The position numbers and the translations under genes were made by a program. A stretch of DNA of 10,837 nucleotides from a virus. Of this stretch, positions 7,962-10,837 are shown piece after piece. Below the pieces are notes generated by a model, which saw only the letters and a program-made list of their open reading frames with translations, searched no databases and was not told the DNA's origin. The stretch lies in UHGV virus genome UHGV-0335500; one strand, 5' to 3'. The stretch's first letter is position 1. The number at the start of each line of letters is the position of its first letter.

Positions 7962-8417
7962 TTATACGCTGACCTTACAATCAATCACCGCTTTTAACTT
8001 TTCAGCATTGCTTCCCTGACGCTTCCACGCGCTGTAAATATCTTTATCCCACGCTTTACCAGCTTTTGTTTGATAGCCTGCTTCATTGATCCGTTCAGCT
8101 ATCACACGCCCATTATCAAATCCCTGTTGGATGGTATCGGCAATGATCTTTATAACTGCCGTTTCGTTATATGGTTTTGGTGGGATGTTCGGCTTTCCGG
8201 CAATAAGCGACGCAGCGGCTTTTTCCATGCGCTCCACCAGCCCAAGCATTCGTGAATCAATAGACTTTTCCGGCTGCCCCAGCTTCATGCGAATCGCATC
8301 AACAAGCCAAGAGGTTTTATCTCCTCCAGAAGCGAGAACAGACCGATTAAACTCATCCTGCAATTCAGATGGGATGCGGAACGCGATCAGATTAGATTTG
8401 CTCATTGCAAAGACCAT
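7962..8417 (-). CDS. Ribbon-helix-helix-like DNA-binding protein (147-151 aa)
   Basis: ORF track 7962..8417 (minus); alternative start ATG at 8405-8403 (MSKSNLIAFRIPSELQDEFNRSV...). N-terminus fits a beta-strand plus two helices. Co-directional with and 79 bp upstream of the 66-aa membrane protein gene, so probably one operon. Confidence 0.65.
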   Translation of the reverse strand: MVFAMSKSNLIAFRIPSELQDEFNRSVLASGGDKTSWLVDAIRMKLGQPEKSIDSRMLGLVERMEKAAASLIAGKPNIPPKPYNETAVIKIIADTIQQGFDNGRVIAERINEAGYQTKAGKAWDKDIYSAWKRQGSNAEKLKAVIDCKVSV

Positions 8418-8435
8418 ATCAGTGAGTAATATCCA

Positions 8436-8464
8436 TACAGTATACCACTGTATAACACTGTTAT
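8436..8464. promoter_or_regulatory. Adjacent palindromes TACAGT-N5-ACTGTA and ATAACA-C-TGTTAT upstream of the ribbon-helix-helix gene; candidate autoregulatory operator
   Basis: Inverted repeats read directly at 8436-8452 and 8452-8464, in the 5' region of the leftward gene. Confidence 0.4.
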
Positions 8465-8520
8465 ACGCTCAAATATCAGCCAGAAAATAACAGACCAATC
8501 ACAAATCTATCGCTGTGTTG

Positions 8521-8644
8521 TTGGTTCAGAGCTGGGCTGTGTTGGTTCAAAATGAGTTGATGTTGGTTCAATATTTTAGAAAAAACACAATAAAAACAAC
8601 GCTCTTTACAAATTGAACCAACTGAACCAACTGAACCAACACCT
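8521..8644. repeat. Iteron cluster B: inverted copy of cluster A (3 loose TTGGTTCA at 21-bp spacing, AT-rich spacer, 3 tight TGAACCAA); ori/crr-like
   Basis: TTGGTTCA(G/A) at 8521-8529, 8542-8550 and 8563-8571. AT-rich 8572-8612. (T/C)TGAACCAA at 8613-8621, 8622-8630 and 8631-8639. Positions 8601-8644 are the reverse complement of 2101-2144. Confidence 0.8.
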
Positions 8645-8676
8645 TTTTGCTTATCTATATAATCTGAGAGGCAGAA

Positions 8677-8964
8677 ATGATAAAGGACAGGAAAGCTGAA
8701 GAGCTGGAGTCAAAAGGGCTATACCGGAGAGCTGCCGCACGATGGGCAGAAGTCATGATGCTGGCAGATGGCGATAAAGAACGTGAACATGCAGTAAACA
8801 GACGCTCTGAATGTATCCGTAAGGCGGCACGCCCACCAGCAACTACAGACAGATTCGGAGATTTAAGACAGGCAGTTAAGCGGACTCATTCGGCTCTTGG
8901 TATGGATGAGGAAGCGAGAGGGTACTTCAGGCGTTATCGCGATAAAGATTGCCAGAGACAGTAA
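8677..8964 (+). CDS. PerC-family-like small transcriptional regulator (95 aa)
   Basis: ORF with Shine-Dalgarno GAGG 6 nt before the ATG. AEELESKGLYRRAAARWAEVMM resembles the conserved N-terminal signature of PerC/Pch-type regulators as I recall it. Confidence 0.6.
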   Translation: MIKDRKAEELESKGLYRRAAARWAEVMMLADGDKEREHAVNRRSECIRKAARPPATTDRFGDLRQAVKRTHSALGMDEEARGYFRRYRDKDCQRQ

Positions 8965-9070
8965 TGCTCTCTCTGTTTTGGCAAATTACCCCTCACTTTG
9001 AAGGGATCGGAGCTATAAAAATGGTGTTATCCGGAATCCTCAAATTGAGGATTGTGGAAGAATCAATGGG

Positions 9071-9084
9071 TTAGGTCATCGTGC
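9071..9084. other. Perfect 14-bp palindrome GTGCAAATTTGCAC in the junction region
   Basis: Read directly. Sits among other hairpin-capable repeats, for example AATCCTCA-N3-TGAGGATT around 9036-9054 (approximate) and GCCAACG-N8-CGTTGGC around 9090-9115. Confidence 0.4.
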
Positions 9085-9239
9085 AAATTTGCACTCTGCC
9101 AGCCAACGCAATTTCTCGTTGGCGGAAATATCAGGTATTTACTGAACGAACGGTCTACCAGTCTGTTCAGTTACCAGTTGCACATGGCTGTTTCATGTGA
9201 GAACGGAGGTTTTTTTCGGACATCGCTATTGGGTACAGC

Positions 9240-9263
9240 AATTTCACGAGCAATACGCGCGCG
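9240..9263. repeat. Dispersed 24-bp repeat, copy R5 (AATTTCACGAGCAATACGCGCGCG)
   Basis: Same motif as 7344-7367 and 7631-7656, about 1.6 kb away in the junction region. Confidence 0.55.
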
Positions 9264-9348
9264 CAGGACAACAAGCCTGAACATGGTTACACACCTCGAT
9301 CCTGAGGGATGTAGACAATGGCTTCTGACCAAAGCACCCGAAAAAACC

Positions 9349-9370
9349 GTGTACATAAGGGTGTACATAA
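9349..9370. repeat. Tandem direct repeat GTGTACATAA-GG-GTGTACATAA; possible recombinase arm-type or regulator binding sites
   Basis: Two identical 10-mers at 9349-9358 and 9361-9370. Confidence 0.45.
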
Positions 9371-9480
9371 TCAAAAATCGCATTAGCAAGAAACCAGCCA
9401 CAATGCGGCATTGAAGCCAACACTCTACAAACAGATTCAGAGTAACTCGTAACACTAATTCTTACTTTTCAGCCTTCACA

Positions 9481-9512
9481 AATGCCGCCCACTCAAACAG
9501 AGCGGCATTTTT
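9481..9512 (+). terminator. Rho-independent terminator-like hairpin upstream of dinD
   Basis: AATGCCGC (9481-9488) pairs with GCGGCATT (9502-9509), 13-nt loop, followed by a T run. Confidence 0.5.
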
Positions 9513-9604
9513 CTTCCCCGCAACTTCAATTCTGTTTTGCGTGCCTGCTCCAGATTTTGCGATGTTTTTTTGCCCAGCACACTGAGAACGTGAGATACTC
9601 ACAA

Positions 9605-9620
9605 CTGTATATAAATACAG
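9605..9620. promoter_or_regulatory. LexA (SOS) box in the dinD promoter
   Basis: CTGTATATAAATACAG matches the CTGT-N8-ACAG LexA consensus and sits 45 bp upstream of the dinD ATG. Confidence 0.8.
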
Positions 9621-9665
9621 TTACAGATTTACTTTCTTTGCAATCGATATCACATGGAGTGGGCA

Positions 9666-10490
9666 ATGAACGAACATCATCAACCTTTTGAAGAAATACG
9701 GCATTATGGCACTGAAGGGCAAGAATTTTGGTCAGCTAGAGAATTGGCACCGTTACTGGATTATCGGGACTGGCGCAATTTTCAAAAGGTACTGGCCCGC
9801 GCGACTCAAGCGTGCGAAGCCAGCAATCAAGCTGCATCTGACCATTTCGTTGAAACCACCAAAATGGTTGTATTAGGTTCAGGGGCTCAACGAGAACTTG
9901 AAGATGTTCATCTCTCCCGCTATGCCTGTTACCTGGTAGTACAAAACGGCGACCCTGCGAAACCGGTTATTGCGGCAGGGCAAACTTATTTTGCTATCCA
10001 GACCCGACGGCAGGAGCTGGCTGACGATGAAGCTTTCAGGCAACTTCGTGAAGACGAAAAGCGTCTTTTTCTGAGAAATGAATTGAAAGAACATAACAAA
10101 CAATTGGTTGAGGCAGCGCAGCAAGCTGGGGTAGCGACAGCTATCGATTTCGCCATATTTCAGAATCATGGTTACCGGGGGCTGTATGGTGGATTAGATC
10201 AGAAAGCCATCCATCAGCGGAAGGGGCTGAAAAAGAGTCAGAAGATCCTGGATCATATGGGTTCAACAGAACTGGCGGCTAATCTCTTTCGAGCTACCCA
10301 AACAGAAGAAAAACTCAAGCGGGATGGCGTGAATTCAAAACAGCAAGCAAACACCACACACTTTGACGTGGGTCGCAAGGTGAGGCAAACCATTCAGGAA
10401 CTTGGCGGAACCATGCCTGAGGAGTTGCCGACCTCGCAGGTCAGCATCAAGCAGTTGGAAAACAGTGTAAAAATTACAGAGAAGAAATAG
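9666..10490 (+). CDS. dinD: DNA damage-inducible protein D (DinD), 274 aa
   Basis: ORF track 9654..10490. ATG 9666 (MNEHHQPFEEIRHYGTEGQEFW...) is preferred because GGAGTGGG precedes it. Identity rests on recalled E. coli DinD and the LexA box upstream. Confidence 0.8.
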   Translation: MNEHHQPFEEIRHYGTEGQEFWSARELAPLLDYRDWRNFQKVLARATQACEASNQAASDHFVETTKMVVLGSGAQRELEDVHLSRYACYLVVQNGDPAKPVIAAGQTYFAIQTRRQELADDEAFRQLREDEKRLFLRNELKEHNKQLVEAAQQAGVATAIDFAIFQNHGYRGLYGGLDQKAIHQRKGLKKSQKILDHMGSTELAANLFRATQTEEKLKRDGVNSKQQANTTHFDVGRKVRQTIQELGGTMPEELPTSQVSIKQLENSVKITEKK

Positions 10491-10780
10491 CAGAAACTAA
10501 AAACTCTTTTTGTTGATTGAGATACCCGATGCGTAAGCCAAAGTCCAGGTGCGGTGAACACAATGGCTAACATTGCACCTTTCTTTTCCACCCCTCAGTT
10601 TTAACCTACTTTTTCTTATGTATTTTCTCAGACAAGAAGTCAGAAGAATGCATCTACGCTACAGAAAACAACGATTTCACATAACTAAAAATTATCAATT
10701 TCCTCTCACCTTAAAAAATCTCAATCGTGACAATGCGTACAAATCGCTACCCTGCCAGACAGATTTTTAGGGAGAGAACC

Positions 10781-10837
10781 ATGCTGTTACACATTTTGTA
10801 TTTGGTTGGCATTACTGCCGAAGCCATGACGGGGGCG
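10781..10837 (+). CDS. yicG: 5' end of inner-membrane protein YicG (UPF0126 family), runs off the window
   Basis: ATG 10781 preceded by GGGAGAG. MLLHILYLVGITAEAMTGA matches my recollection of the YicG N-terminus, and yicG follows dinD in E. coli K-12. Confidence 0.6.
   Translation, partial: MLLHILYLVGITAEAMTGA

Noticed and set aside
9052-9455. Overlapping ORFs 9052..9414 (+) and 9171..9455 (-)
   Set aside because: Neither has a plausible ribosome-binding site or protein-like composition, and the region is full of hairpins and repeats. Interpreted as non-coding junction DNA.
10491-10780. Small ORFs 10394..10591 (-) and 10573..10770 (+) between dinD and yicG
   Set aside because: No ribosome-binding sites, low-complexity translations, and they overlap the dinD 3' end and yicG promoter region. 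Likely non-coding.

Overview
The window reads as the distal (non-integrase) end of a P4-like satellite or phage-inducible island, joined on the right to Escherichia-type chromosomal backbone. All family assignments are from reading the translations and recalling motifs; no database search was run. Left to right: (1) the C-terminal two-thirds of a P4 alpha-like primase-helicase (Walker A AGKTT), whose reading frame is cut upstream by an in-frame TGA; (2) an iteron cluster of TTGGTTCA repeats immediately after its stop; (3) about 6.4 kb of cargo with no recognisable enzymatic motifs; (4) a second iteron cluster that is an inverted copy of the first; (5) a PerC-like small regulator; (6) about 0.65 kb of hairpin- and repeat-rich junction DNA; (7) the SOS gene dinD with a canonical LexA box, then the start of yicG. 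The cargo holds a stand-alone 151-aa gene with its own terminator, then a translationally coupled operon (57-aa ribbon-helix-helix-like protein, 489-aa and 701-aa Ala/Gln/Gly-rich proteins), a convergent secreted 132-aa protein, and a leftward pair of a ribbon-helix-helix protein and a 66-aa tail-anchored membrane protein. The coupled operon framed by the inverted iteron clusters is the best candidate for an undescribed accessory system (defence or helper-phage interference), but its function cannot be read from sequence alone. A dispersed 24-bp repeat with an alternating CG palindromic core is a second unexplained signal.
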